Shown here: piece by piece, positions 46,965 through 60,430 of the stretch
Layout: each line of letters starts with the position of its first letter
How positions within the stretch are numbered: position 1 is the stretch's first letter
Origin: Psammoneis japonica
Lineage: Eukaryota
Direction of reading: 5' to 3'
Length of the DNA stretch: 64,000 nt
Assembly (NCBI GenBank): GCA_008632985.1
Contig: QPGO01000006.1
Coordinates: forward strand, 803,138-867,137
Program-made: the position numbers and the translations under genes
Notes under the pieces: model-generated
What the model was told of the DNA's origin: nothing
Databases searched by the model: none
What the model saw: only the letters and a program-made list of their open reading frames with translations

Positions 46965-49900
46965 GAGTGCGCCGGACATTTTGGAAAACGAGGACGCAAT
47001 TGGGTTTTCGTACTATAAAAGAGGGCTGTGGCCATGATGGTTTAATGTCAAATCGAAAAAAATTTTGATCTTGCTTCTTTTCGTCTCCACACACTGAATG
47101 TGGACAAACTCTGTTCTCGTTTGCCAGCAAAACATGCCATCATGTTGGAGCTCGTGCATCTCCTTGTGCACGTTATGGAAGTGATGTAATGTATAGCCCA
47201 GCTGTTTCTGTGAAGTTCCACTCTATCCCCTTTCAGAGAACTGCTCTTTTGACACGCAACATGATGTGATTCGCTTTGAACCACGCAGAAAATGCATTCA
47301 AACTGAGACTGATGAAAAGATATTTTGGTCAACCTGCTCATCTGCGATGTCCCTTGGCTCTTGCTCAGCTGTCCACAACAGCCTCAAGCCATCACAAGCA
47401 ACTGCCTCTCACAACAACCAACAGCATTGAACCACCAGCAAGATGCTGCTCACAACTGCAACAGCGCCCATCACTTTGGCACATGTGCACCGGAAAGAGC
47501 TTGGGAGCAGATCGATGCAAAAACAGCCCCTCTGCAACATGCTGCAGTGGCTTCCATCAAAACAAGAACAAAAAGGGTGACACACTTTTGCGCTTGGGTG
47601 CAGACCAAACAGCAGCTTGTGCTGCGAACATGTTGGTGCACAATGTCTCAGCTTTTTCTCTGTTCTGCACTTGTGTTTTGAAAAACCAGCACTTGCTTTG
47701 AACAAGAAGCTGAGACAATCTTGTGCTTTTCTCATTTTGAACAGTTTTCTTTTTGCCGCTCTTTTCACTTTTCTTTGTTCTGAGTCATGCACTCTCCAGT
47801 GCTTTCAACAAAGGTTGTCAATGCTTGCAGAGAATGTTTTTGCACATGAGGCTGTTTCATGCTGCACACTTGAATGTGGGATGTGTGCTCTCTTCTTGTT
47901 CTTTTGGTTTTCTCTTTCAACCCTGGCCACAACTTCTGTTTTCAATGGCAGAAAATGCTTTGGCTCCTGTTGTCAAGCTCACAGCCAGTCTTGTCCTTTT
48001 GGCACCAACAACTGCAACATGGTGCTGCTCTTTGCCTCCTCCAAAAGCTCTCTTTTGACATGAAATGGTGATGAGAGGCTCTTTTGTTGTTCTTCATGGC
48101 AGCAAAAACAGAGAAGCTTCTGTGTCTGAAGAGCTTTTGGGCAATTTCTCACCAAGCAATGGGTGAGAGTTCATCCTGGCACCTTGTGAGATTCAACAAG
48201 CTTGCCACAACACCAGCAAAGTTGCAGAGAGATCACAGCATCATTGTTCAGGGCATGTCACCCTCCTTCAGCTCTGAGGTTGTGTGCAGCACATCACATC
48301 TCTGGGTGCACCAACCCAGGTGATGCAAGTGCCCACAACAATCATGCAGCAGTTTTCTGATGGTGGTTCAAAATGGCCAGGGCAAAAGACTTGCTATTTC
48401 CTGTGCCAGAAGCTGCCTCCAAGATGCAGTGACAAAACATGGCAGATGGTCTGACAACTGGAATTTGTTTGCTCAGGTGTGCACAGTGCACCACCACCAA
48501 AGCAAAAGAGGTGCAGCAAAGTTGAAAATGACAAGTGCAGCAGCAACCATCACTGGCAACAAAACAAGCTGTGGGAAGACGAGCATGGGAGCAGCTGGAG
48601 GTCAAATCAGTGCCTTTGCAAGATGCTGCAGTGGCTCAAATTAAGAGGAAAATGAAGTGACATGGATCATGGTTTGTTTGTGCCCTGTTTGTCAAAACAG
48701 TTCACACTGGGAAAACATGGCAGCACAGAAAACTTTCAACTCTTCCAAGCACTTGTTTTGAAGCCAGACATTTGAAGCCAGTCTTGTTTTAAGAAAATGC
48801 TTTTGAATTTTCAAACATTTGTTTGTTTGCCTCCACTCTTCTCACTCACTGTTTTCCTTGTTCTGGGCCCTGTGCTCTGGTGCACTGAACAAGTCATTTC
48901 AACTTGCAGCAAAGTTGCAGGCATGGTCACTTTGCTGGGGGGGGGGGGGAGAGAGAGCCTCCCCTCTTTACTTTTAGACTTCTCATTCACTCACCATTCT
49001 ATCTCCTTTCTTCCAAATGCAGCAATGGGTGCTGCTTGGGCCATTGCTGAGCTCACACTTTGTCCCACACCCTTGATGCTGACAACAACAACAATGTCAC
49101 ACTCCACTTTTTCTCCCAAATTTTTTTGACGTGTGGCAGCAGCATGTTTTTGTTGTTTTGGGCTCATGAGACAGCATCAAATGGAGGGGCTGCATCCAAA
49201 GAGCTTGGGTGATTTCCCATTGAACAAAGGGAGAAATTGACCAAAGCACTTGTTGGCAAGAAGGTTGCTGGGTTCATTGGTGCCAGTGAAACCATGGAGA
49301 TGGCCACATGAAATGTGCACCATCCCTCAGCTCTGCACTCATGGACAGCAAATCTGGGGAACATTGCCCAGATGGCACAAGTGCCACAAAGATGGCACAG
49401 TCTCAAAGTCTCAAAAAGATTGGGGTGCAAGACTTGCCATTTCCAGCAGAGACAACCACGGCAGCATTGAGGCTGCAACTCTCTATGCCCCATGCATGGC
49501 AGACCTTCCTTCAGATTCAAATGGGGACAGCAGCACTGTGTCTGCATCCAACCAAGTGCCCAGGTGCATCACTCAAGAGAGAAGAAGCTGGCTTCAACTG
49601 TCAAGGAAATCTGCAGAGAGCTGTTTGAAAAAAAAAAACAGGGGGGAAGCATTTGTTTCAACTGAGTTTTCTCTTTTGTGCAAAATGCAAAATGACTGAT
49701 GTCTTGGAAATCACAAACAACATGGTGTGGCACATTGCTAAAAATGCAGGAAGCTTTCTTTCAGGAGAGGGTTTCTCTTGCACACAACAAAGTCAATCAA
49801 ATTGCTGCACTGTGGAGCAGGATTGTGGTTTGTTGTGTTTGCAACCAACACATTGCACCAAAGCTCCCAGCTGCACAGAAAAAAAAAGCTGCACAGAATG

Positions 49901-50499
49901 GTCAAACAACCATTTGGCTGTTGCATTGGTGGTGGTGGTGGTGGGGGGGCATCCTGCATTGAGAACAGAAGATTCAGATGAAGAAGGGGGGTCAAAATTG
50001 CCATGTGATCTCAATGCAGCAAACATTGGTCCAGCAAAGATGACTCTGTTCCCCCCAGAAAAAGTCTTGCTGGGCATGAAGCAGGGCTGCAAAGAGGAGT
50101 GCCAGCAAGAAAGAGGAACACTCCTTCACTCAATCTTTTCATGGGTGTGTTTTGGCAGCTCCCTGCTTTTAGCTGCATTTTTCTTCCACTCCATCTTGCT
50201 CAGCTCTTTGTGCCATGGCAACAAACATTTGTTGTTTGTCTCTCACCTTGCCAAGCAGCTCATTAACCAAGCAAGATGATCTTTCCTTTGCAAGTTTGAA
50301 TGAAGCCATCAACAAAAGTTGCTGTGCATGGCTGACCCCCACTCCCAGCACACTGGGTGCGGCAGGAGCATGCAACAACCAGCCTGAATTTGCATCACCC
50401 TGAGGTGATGCTGCGCCAAAGTAACTTGCAATGGTGCGAGTGCCCCTCACTTCCAGATGCCGGGCTTCGTGGATGCTGGACTTGAACATTGGCCCAACC

Positions 50500-53400
50500 A
50501 CAGCCAACCAATTGTGCAATCCATGGGTCAAATGGGTGAGATGCTCCTCCACTGAATCAAGCAACTCAGATCAATTGCAAGCCAAACAGTTGTCTGCCTT
50601 GGAACAGACAGCTTGCACTTCTGCCTCAGTGTCTTGGCACTGTGAGGATTTTCTTTTCTCTGAATCGTGCCCATGCACGGTGTCATTGTGACTGTCCCAA
50701 AGTTCCCAACATTGAGACCACACAAAACTGCCAATCGTGGTGGCCCAATCTAAGTGCCTTTCCTCATCCAACAAGGAGTGACAAAAACCAGTGGACAACA
50801 AGCACAATGTTTGAGCTTCATTCCACCATGTCACAACGTGGAGAAATGCCCATTGAAAATCTGTCTCCAACCAATTTTGTCTTGAGATTGAAACACCGCC
50901 ACAGCACTCTGATGGACGTTTGCAGAACAAAGCAACTTGTCATGAAACCATCTTTCAAGAGCATGCAGCAACAGATCCCGGAGTGACAGAGATGTGTGCA
51001 TGTAATCACACTTCTTCCGCAAGCCCCATAGAAAGGTGCACCGCCAAGACTCATTGTGTTTGCACCACAAAACATGGTCTCTGTCTTCAAGCCAATGTTG
51101 GCAGTGTGTGCAGCAGTTGGGACACATTGGGTTGCAGTGGTGGACAATCTTGTTGATTGGCAACAGATCTTGTGCAAGTTTCACTTTGCTCATCTTACGC
51201 TGGATGTTTCTGGACATCAGTTTGGAAATGAACTTGCCAGTTGATTGAAGAGCACACCACGTCAGTCCATCTGCACTTTTCCTTGACATGTTCCATCAAG
51301 GACAAACTGGATGCTTCACAGCAAAGTGCTGATTTGAATTTAGAAGTCACAGATGCATCTTGTGCAATCATCATTGCAGAACAGTGGGGCATGCAAGGCA
51401 CAAGCAGAGTCTCACCATTGTGTTGGCCTTGAAACGCGCTCGCCAGCCGGTCAGCACTGACGTTCAATTGTGCAGGGAGAGGCAAGGACTCGTGTGGGCT
51501 GTTGCTGTCCACCTTCAACCCACTGCATGTTCACAAAGATGTCGGCTTGTTCCACATCAGAAGGACCTGGAAAAGTTTGCAGCATCAAAAAGATTTTGTG
51601 CACCACGTCCCAGTCAGGAGCCAATGTGTTGGCAATGTGATGCCGACAATGACAGTTGTTGAGCCAATCAAATTCTTCCGGATCCATGGGAGGTGGTGGC
51701 AGGGAATGAAATTCTTCACATTTTGGACCAAGGATGAGTTGTTGCAGCAGGCATCCACTCCATGGGTCAAACTGCCCCTGCAGAATTCCATCACTCAAAC
51801 AAGGAAGCGCAAAATGGACAAAAAGCCATGTGCCTCAGTGCAGCAGGATGATGGTTGAAAACCAAAAACTGGTCTGGCACAATCAACTGAGGCAATGCCA
51901 TGAACCACTGATGTCCAACCAAAGGTGCCTTCAAAGTGCAACACCAAACCATTGCTGCCCACAGCTGCACAAAATTGCACCAAGGAACTTGCGATTTCAA
52001 AGACAGAAGCGCAGAGAGTGAGATTGTAAAACAATGTAGATTCCCATTTGGGCAAAGACTGCAGCCAAGCTTTGAAATCACTGCAGACAGGGTTGTTTGG
52101 AGGGACAGACACCTGTGACATTGATGAGCGGATGCTGCATTGTCCATCCGGAGTTGTGTCAACCAAAATGGGGGATGCCAAAGGAGAGAGATCAGGGACC
52201 ATCTCCAATTGTTGCAACGACTCAGCGCATCCATTTGTGATGAGAAAATCTTCAAACTCAGCAGCGGATTGGATGTGCAAGTGTTCTTCCAAGGGTTCAT
52301 GATGCGCCAAATGTGGCACTCTCATTTCAGGCTCAGGGGCTGCCCACTGACCAGAAGGATGTCGCAACTCAGTGGTGAAGTCGTTGCACAATGGGGAGCA
52401 CGCCCTCCGCCACTGTTTCCAAGCTCTTGGAGATGGTCCAGCCTGCTTGATGGGATTCAAGGAGGAAGTGCCACTCAACAGGGATTGTTGACCTTGAAGC
52501 ATGAAGTGATCCAACTTTTTGCCATCAGGGAGAGCAACATCAGAAATGGCAAGCACACAGAGGTGCAAACGGCAACAATTCACCCACCACATTCTTTGTC
52601 AGAGAAAATCCCCGAATCTGGCACAACGTCCACAACACACTGATCATTGTCTTGTTGAGTTGGAAGAACACTGGTGCAGTCAAGCTTGAAGGATGAATTG
52701 GCCCTCGCAAGAAAGGATCACATTGACATGAACCACTTTGACTTGCAGTGAGGGAGTTTGGAATGTACACACAACAGGAAACTGATGCCCGTGCCTGTCT
52801 GAAATTGCATCCATGCAACTGCAACCCTGGACAAATCATGAGGTTGTCTGGTGCTGCACCAGTGGCAAAGAAACTGCAAACACTGAGCAATCCCTTGTTC
52901 AATGTCAAGCAACTGGAAGCCACCACCACCAAGGGTGCACGGTCTACACAGTGCATCTTGTTTGGCATTGCAGTTGTGTCCACACTTGGCAAATGTTGCA
53001 CACATTGCCTTTCGTTGAATCTCCAACAACTCTTTTGGTGAAAAGCATGTGTTCAGAAGCATGTGTGTCATCAAAGATGGGCAGCATGCAAAGTGATGGG
53101 TCTACGCTTTGTGTCCACCTGAGGGGCATGACCGCAGGAAGACAGACACATCATCACTCTTCTTTTTGAGGGCCTTGCATTGAGTCTTCTGAGTTCCAGC
53201 AGGCAACTTGCAATGGCTCAGTGTCTTGTGAGACAAGCATGCGGAGAGCTGAGTGCTAGAGTGCTTGGTGGATCAATCTGTGGAGTGTGTTTCAATGTCA
53301 ATTTTGTCATTGTACACTCGTAAATGTGGTTCACCATCGGCCGTGAAAAGCCACTTGACAGCATGGAAGGAGCACTTGGGAAGTTCCAATTCATGTCCAG

Positions 53401-56200
53401 CTGCATCAAGGAGGTCACACCACAGCTGATTATCTTCTTGCATTCAAAGGACCAGTTCAAGTGCTTCAGGTTGAGGGTCTACACAGAAGTTGTTTACTTG
53501 GTTGGACGTGTCATTGATGTGCCCTCTGGTGAACACATGCAAGGAAATGGAGTGGTCAGGAGATTCAAAGCATGCACCATGAGCCTCACTGTCAAATGAC
53601 CAAAACAAGCTGTTGCAAATCTGACTCCAACAAAAGGGCAAATTCCCACTGCCTTGTCCTGTGCCGTAGATGGGATGCACATCAGAGTGAGAATGTAAAG
53701 AGACATTGAGCACCATGCAGTGCAGCATCCGCCATCTGAGTAACGACCTTGGGCATTCCGTCACTGCAACTCTCTGTTGTTGTCAAGGCCGGGATGCTCC
53801 TGTTGCAACATGAGGCACAATCGCCATCACTGTGAATGGCGGTCATCTGAGACACTCTGCTGATCTCCAACATCAGCTCTTTGAGATAAACTGGAGCACA
53901 GGCATTCAAAAAGGGGCGTGTGCCATAAATCCAAGGATTGTGCAAGTGGCAATGCTCTGTGTTCTGTGCCAGGGCTCTCCATTTCACACTTGAAATAAGT
54001 TGAAAGTCTGCTTTGTAAACATGAATGACTCAAAGACAATGAATCTTGTTGTTGCCTGGCTCCTTGAAGATCACAACATTGACAATGTCTTTCCACCTGT
54101 CATGAGAGCATCCCCACTTTAGGGCACAATTGAGCAAGTTCAATCAAGTGCGGATCAAGGTTTGTTGCACTTTGTTCAGATGCAAGCACTCAGGAGTCAG
54201 GTTGCCTTCTGGTGCTTTGGAGTCAGAATGTGAGTGAGTTGCATGTGATGCCTTCCAGTGACCCAAGTCAAGGCCCAAGCAAATGGAAGTTGTCATTGTT
54301 TCTTTCCACAACTTGAGTTTGCCTTCAAGATCAAATTCAGTCAACAGTTTGGACACTGAGACTGGAGATTGCCTTTGCAGGCATTGGACAAAAAGAGAGG
54401 TGGCTTTGTCAAGAGATGTCATGTCACACTTGCCATCTAGAATGATGTCAGCCATCACGGTGTCACCTTCACATCCCAAGTCCACGGACAGTGGAGGGAC
54501 TGTGGGGTGTGTGCCATGAGCTTGTCCAAAATGCTTCTGATTGTAAGAGCAAAGAGCTGTGGCTGCATCTTCTGGAGCATCAATTGTCATCCAGTCCTTG
54601 CATTCTTTTGGGTTTGTCACTGGGTTGCATGGTGCTTGGACACTGCCAATGCCTGTGTCTTGTTGTGCTTTGCATGCATTGACCTTCTGGAACAGTTTGG
54701 CAGTTTCCTCCGCCTTTCAAACATTCCTGACAATGGTGGCTGCTTTGCGTGTGGCTGCCATTCCTTCAAGGTCCAATTTGGTGATCTTCTTGGACAATTT
54801 GCATTTGCAATGTTCCACACATCATTCCTTTGCTGCTTTCTTGCACTTGGCCTGTGCCTGTTGTAAAGCTGCCTGACATTCTTCAAAGGTTTCAATGGAG
54901 TGGAAAAGGATCCAGTGAGCTTCAAGTGAATCTGTTGCATCTGGGCCACACAGTCAAGACGGGTCCACATCATGGACAAAATGCAAGCAAAGACATTATG
55001 AACACAGTGGCAAAGGTCCACCAACTCTGCCAACCAATCCAGTTCACGATGAGAGCGGCACTTTTTTTCAGCAGCCAAGGAAAACTGCAAGAGATCCCCA
55101 TCCAACCATTTGGCCAATTTGTGATCACTGGACTCCATGAGTTGGTTGGACCATGCCAAAAGGAGCGGCTGTCAAGCATCGGACCAACAGCAGTTGGGTG
55201 TGAGGTGACCTGAGGTTTGGACAAAGCTTGAATGTCTTGGAAGGCGGCTTTAGGGAGGTCAACTGTTGGGTTTCCAAATGAGGCCATTGTGTCAAAATTG
55301 ACAAAATGTGCTCAATGATCTGATGCAACTCTGCAGCCAAACACTTTGTAACCACCAAACCAAGCCACCAACAAGGCCCCAGGAGAGGCAAGGACACAAT
55401 CCAACCATTTAGATCCTTGGGCACATGTGGTGAAATGGGATTTGCCCACAATGTCAAAGAGCACATCAGACAAGTTAAACCATTGAGCCAAGGTGGACAA
55501 GGAATCCGTGCCCACTGAGAAATCCATGTTAAAGTCTCCAAATGACACCACCTCATGATGTGGCTCTGCCAAGAAATCTTGAAGAACACACAACAGGTTG
55601 GTGCAAAATGCTTTGCATGGGTCCAACACTTTGCATCCCTGTTGTTGCAAGAGATGAAGTTGTTGCATGCAGGCCGTGGTTTTTCCCGGTTGGCATTGGT
55701 TTTTGGCACAAACTCCATGGCTGGAAATGAACATCACCTGCCATCCATTGCGTCCATCAAACAATTGCATGGACCATTGCCCCAAAGGATCAGATTCCTG
55801 AGATTGATGCCACACCAAAATCGAGTTACATGAAAAAATGGCAGCACCACCTGGTTTGCATTGAGTTGAAAAAGGGGCAGAGTTGCTGGAAAACGTTCCT
55901 CTGCCATGCAAGAGAGACCCAGATGCAGCAGAATGGCACACAGATAAAATGCTGATCTGAGTGGCATCCAACCACACTTCAGAAATGCCAACAACATCTG
56001 CTTGGATTTTGGTGGCGATCTTACATGCTGCCTTGACATCTCCACCCCACTTGTTGAACTTACACCCATTGGCATTGAAGGCGTAGAGGCAAGTGTGTGG
56101 CTGCCTGCCTCCAGACCAGTGCTGCCATTTGTGAGTTGAGAAGCTGTTGCTCTGAGTTTTTCGTCCCATTCCATTCTGCTTGTGAGCCACTTGAGCAGTG
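50500..56200 (-). mobile_element. Degenerate non-LTR retrotransposon (LINE, Ambal-like architecture: APE endonuclease - RT - RNase H - Zn finger)
   Basis: APE (55312-56190): FNANG, DVVGISE, DPLGQW, GDFN, GSKWLDCV, SDH. RT: PIYGTGQGSG and HINDT (degenerate YIDD), ~53480-53700. RNase H: VGSNGLV..GTFGW..SSCCTEAHGFLSILRFL and AQLNVSADRLA. C-terminal C..C....EDRDHVLWC. Many stops and frameshifts. Confidence 0.85.
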
Positions 56201-57039
56201 CAACCACCTTTCCACTTTTGTTTTCAACCAACATTTTGGAGCAGCTTGCCTTGTGTTGGGACATCTTGTGCTCAAGCTGTGCATCACTGCACTGTGATCA
56301 CATTGTGCTTTTGAAGAAGCACAACTTAGAAATGTCTGCAATGTGCAGGTGCAAGAAGCAACTCTGCCAACACAGTCTGGAAACAAGCTGTTGTTGCTTT
56401 CCTTTGACTCACTGACTCAAACAGCTCCATGGGAAAAGTTTTGTGAATGGTCTGTGAGCCAGGCACAGCTGTCACCTCCAGCACTTTTCCAGTGGTGGAA
56501 ATGAACAAACAGCTGTCATCTGTGGCCTGTCTTTTGCAACCCAGTGGGTTTGTAGAGTCTAAGCTGGGCCTGGTTGCCATGTTTGCTGCTGGCAGCTCTG
56601 ATGCCATTGTTGCATTTCAAGCTGATGGCCCTTTGGTTGTGGTCAGTGAGCCAGGCCCTGCGAGCATCATTCCAATGAACGCCAAGTCCACCATGTCTTT
56701 CATGGCACATGCAGATGAGCCTTTCACAGCCACCAGTGCTGGTTCTCTTGCAATGCCCACCAACTTGGCAGCACTTGATGACCTCACATCTTGCATGCTC
56801 CAGATCCCAAAGATTTAAGTCCTTGGCCACTCCACTGCTCCATGCAACAGTGGCATCATTCGCAAGATGGAGGGTTGCACCTCTGCTGGCTGCAGCCCCC
56901 ACAACATTGTCATCTGATGTGCTGATGAATGCCACCATTGCTTTGTTGGTGGTCAAGTCTCCTCATCTTTGGATTTTTGACTTGGTCACTGCCAGATTTG
57001 GATCTGTGTGATGCTGCCCTTTGATGATTTGAGCGGTTG

Positions 57040-58345
57040 TTTGTCTTGTTGTGTTGTTGTCCACTGTCAATGCTTGGAATGGATTTCAACCAACAACTGC
57101 TGCTTGTGCCAGTGACAAAGTGTTAAAAATGGGATGATGTGCAAAGGATTGCAGTGATGAGGAAACTGCTGTTCAAACAAACAAAGGACTGATGCCTTTT
57201 CTGTCTCATTGTCAGGCCATGGCAGCTTCACTTGCCGGGTTGAGTGCCAAAGCAGCTTGGTGTTGAGCAGTGGAAACCACAGCAATGGCTGTTGAACAAA
57301 ATGCAAATGATGGCATTCTTCCACCCGGAACTCTGGGACAAATGGAAGAGGGCTGTGCCATGATTGTGCCCAAGACTGTGTGCATCAACATTGAGAACTG
57401 CTTTGAATTGGGAAGTTTTGCCAACTTCATTCTGTCAAGAAATCCCAACAACAAGGTGGACAAAGCTGCAAAAATGATTGTTGGATCATGCCAAGTTTTC
57501 CATCCACCGGTGGAGACGGGCCTTCAATCAACCCACAAGTTGGCAATTGTGAATTGCGTCAAACTCTCAAACTCAAAATGGCTCAGGCCAAGGCTGTTTT
57601 GGCCAAGGGCTTGACCGATTGACCAACTCTTGCCAACGATGTGGCTCAAACACACAAAATGGAGCATTTGCGGTGTGGAGAGGGCACTCTGTTGGCAAGA
57701 CACATGGATGAGCATCATTTGGAACTGAAATGACCCAATGGATCCAAACTCCTGCTCAAACCCAGTGCCTCTCAACAATCCATTGTGTGGCTCATTTGCC
57801 TTGACAATGACTGGTCCACACAAGACAGTCAATTGAGACTTCATGAACATGCTTTTCCAACATCATCTTGAGTCAGTGCCCAACGCAATGATCTTCAAGT
57901 CGGTTGGCTCCAAGCTGCCCCCAATGACCAAGGAGAACAACCCCTCTTTTTGGATCCTTCTTGCAAGGGACCCAAGAATGAAACTTGCATGTTGCACATC
58001 ATGGACTGAGATGGCAAGAAGCGTGACTTGTCCCAAAAGCCCTTTGCCAACATTGCACTCTCCTTGGCCGGTGGTGATGCCATGGCTTGCAAACTCATGG
58101 TGGACCATCCATGAGACCGGGATTGTTTCCACTTGATTGATGCTCCCAAATTGCCAATCTCTTTCAACAACAAGAGCATTGGTCTGCAGGGTGAGCATGG
58201 TGGAGAACAAATCCAAGATGTTGTGCCATGAGTGGAAATGCTCATTTTGTTTGATTCTGTGTCACTGCCACATGAAGTGCTGCAAACCAATCAAGAGCGT
58301 TTTGATGTTCAAGGGTGGTTTCATGAGAAGATTTGTGCATTGCAG
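57040..58345 (+). pseudogene. Hypermutated pseudogene copy of the 2OG oxygenase at 33245-34618 (duplicated flank continues to ~59015)
   Basis: Fragments GILPPGTLGQMEEGCAMI, FANFILSRNPN and LFDSVSLPHEVLQTNQERFDVQGWFHEKI match the intact gene, with TGA stops and deletions. Confidence 0.95.
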
Positions 58346-59949
58346 CAGTCAATGAAGGCAGAAATTTGCTCTAGAGAATCAATGCAGCAGCACAGCTCTA
58401 GCATGCTCACCAAAGTCCTTGACTGCACTCCAACATCCTGGCTGACAAACGATCATTTCAAGAGACCATTGGTCTGTCCAGAATGCCAGATCCCATCATT
58501 GCATGACATGTGTTGCAACAACCCTGTGCTGAAAAGGCACAGACGTCTTCCCAGCAAGCATGACACAAACACTCCGCTCATGTTGCAGCCAGGGGGGGGG
58601 GCACCAACTGGGCCTCATCACATTTTTTGCCTGCAGCAACACATCCAACCAGTGGAGAGTTGATGTCAGCCTCATCTCCCAGTTTTTTTTTTAATGGAAA
58701 TGAAGTTCCTCTCTCATTCCACAAACTGGCACACATTTTGCTCACTTTTGCCATGCCCATCATTTCATTTTTGCCCTTTCACCTTGGACTGAAAAGCTGG
58801 GTGTGCTTGCCTGATGTGTGGTCCCAATGCGCATCAAAAAGGTGGGGCATTTCACAACCACCATTGGCCATGTTGCAGGTGCCAATCACTGAACACTTCC
58901 AAGACATGCAGGCCAAGATCACATCCAAAAGTTCTGTTGGAGTGAGCAAGTGAATCATGAGGCTCTTCTTTTTCCTCCTCAACCATGAAATGTGATGAAT
59001 CCCACAAGTCATCTTGGCCATGTTGTGTTCTGCCATGAAATGGCAAGGCCAGGAAAATGCAACTTGCCAGGCACAGAACAGGGAAATGGTGGCAAGAAAG
59101 GAGAGAGAGTGCATCCAAACCAACTCATCGACAAAAGCAAATGTCCAAATAGATCAAGGTTGCACCTCATCTTTACGACATCGAAACTGGGGATGCAATC
59201 GCCAATCAATGCACCGCTTCTTGCATGGTCCAAGCCAACAGATTTGCAGGACTCTGGCAGTGAGTTGCAAATGGACCAGAACTTGTCCACACAGGGAGAG
59301 TGAATGCTTTTAGATGCCACCTGTCAATTGTGTTCACTGTGCATGCATCCTGTCTTGGCTGTTCATTGCGGCTCTTGGGCATCATCACTGATGGTTCCTC
59401 TGGAAAGAGATGCAAAGGGTGCTTTGGTCATCTGGAGACTGTTGTGACTGTTGAAGTGGCAATCCAAAAGCAGCCCAAGTGTGCTGTTGGCCAAGTGCAG
59501 GGAAGGAACACAAAAATTCTCAGTTGTTTCATTGCCTTTCTTTGTGTTGATGTTGGATGTCTGACAGGTCATTGTGGTCTGGAGCAAACCAAGGGACATC
59601 ACAAACTTGCTTGATGCATTGTTTGGAAATGGCAACAAACACAGAAATTACAACAGGGTCATCCACAGGGCAGACATGGTTGATCAGCGCACCATTGTGG
59701 GAATTCTTTTTTGTCATGCATTGACTGGAAGTGCAGCCACAGCCTGTGCACATGCCAAGTGACTGTCGAGCTGTGCCAGAGGAGGAAGAACCAGTGGCAG
59801 GACTTTCACCAGCTTTCTTGGACAGGGCCTTGAAATGCATTAGATCAAGGATGGGGTGGGTGGCACGTCACCAATGTGTTCTTTGAGGAGCACATGCATC
59901 TTTTTTCAGTTGGAAATGACAGATGTAAAAAAAACACATTGCTTTTGAG

Positions 59950-60430
59950 GGTGATGTGGCACAACCATTGCATGTTGCCCCGGAAGCAACTTTGATTCCA
60001 ACAGGCCCACTTGCCACCAGAACTGCTCCTTGCATTTGGAGATTGCCAAACAACAACGTTGCAGCAGGTGGCTTCTGCAGGAATCACTTTGCCATCATTG
60101 ACACATGTTCTGGTCATGAGTTTTGCAGGTTCAATGCTGGAGGGCAGCAGAGAGCACTGGACTGCTTTCTTTCTGCTGACAGAAACACAACGTTGAATGG
60201 TGTTGCGGTTTGCACCCCCTTGAAGGATGGCACAAATGAAGTCCTCCTTCTAAATCACTCTTCCCCAAAAGATCTTCTTGATCAACCATTGTCACCGAAC
60301 TGTGACTTTGGAGTTGGTTTGCATGGTGAAACCATTTGTGAAGTGTTGTGGTTCTTCTTGTCAAACAATGCATTTTTCATCTTGTCTGGAAGTGAAGATT
60401 GCTCTGCAAGGCTGTCTTTGTGTCAATCAA
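59950..60430 (+). pseudogene. Relic of a WD40 gene resembling WDR6/Trm734
   Basis: GGF..NHFAIIDT..GHEF.RFNAGGQQR...GLHGETICEV......ILSGSEDCSARL resembles the WDR6 GG..R, LHG.EI and GSED motifs once Cys/His are read back as Tyr. Confidence 0.45.
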
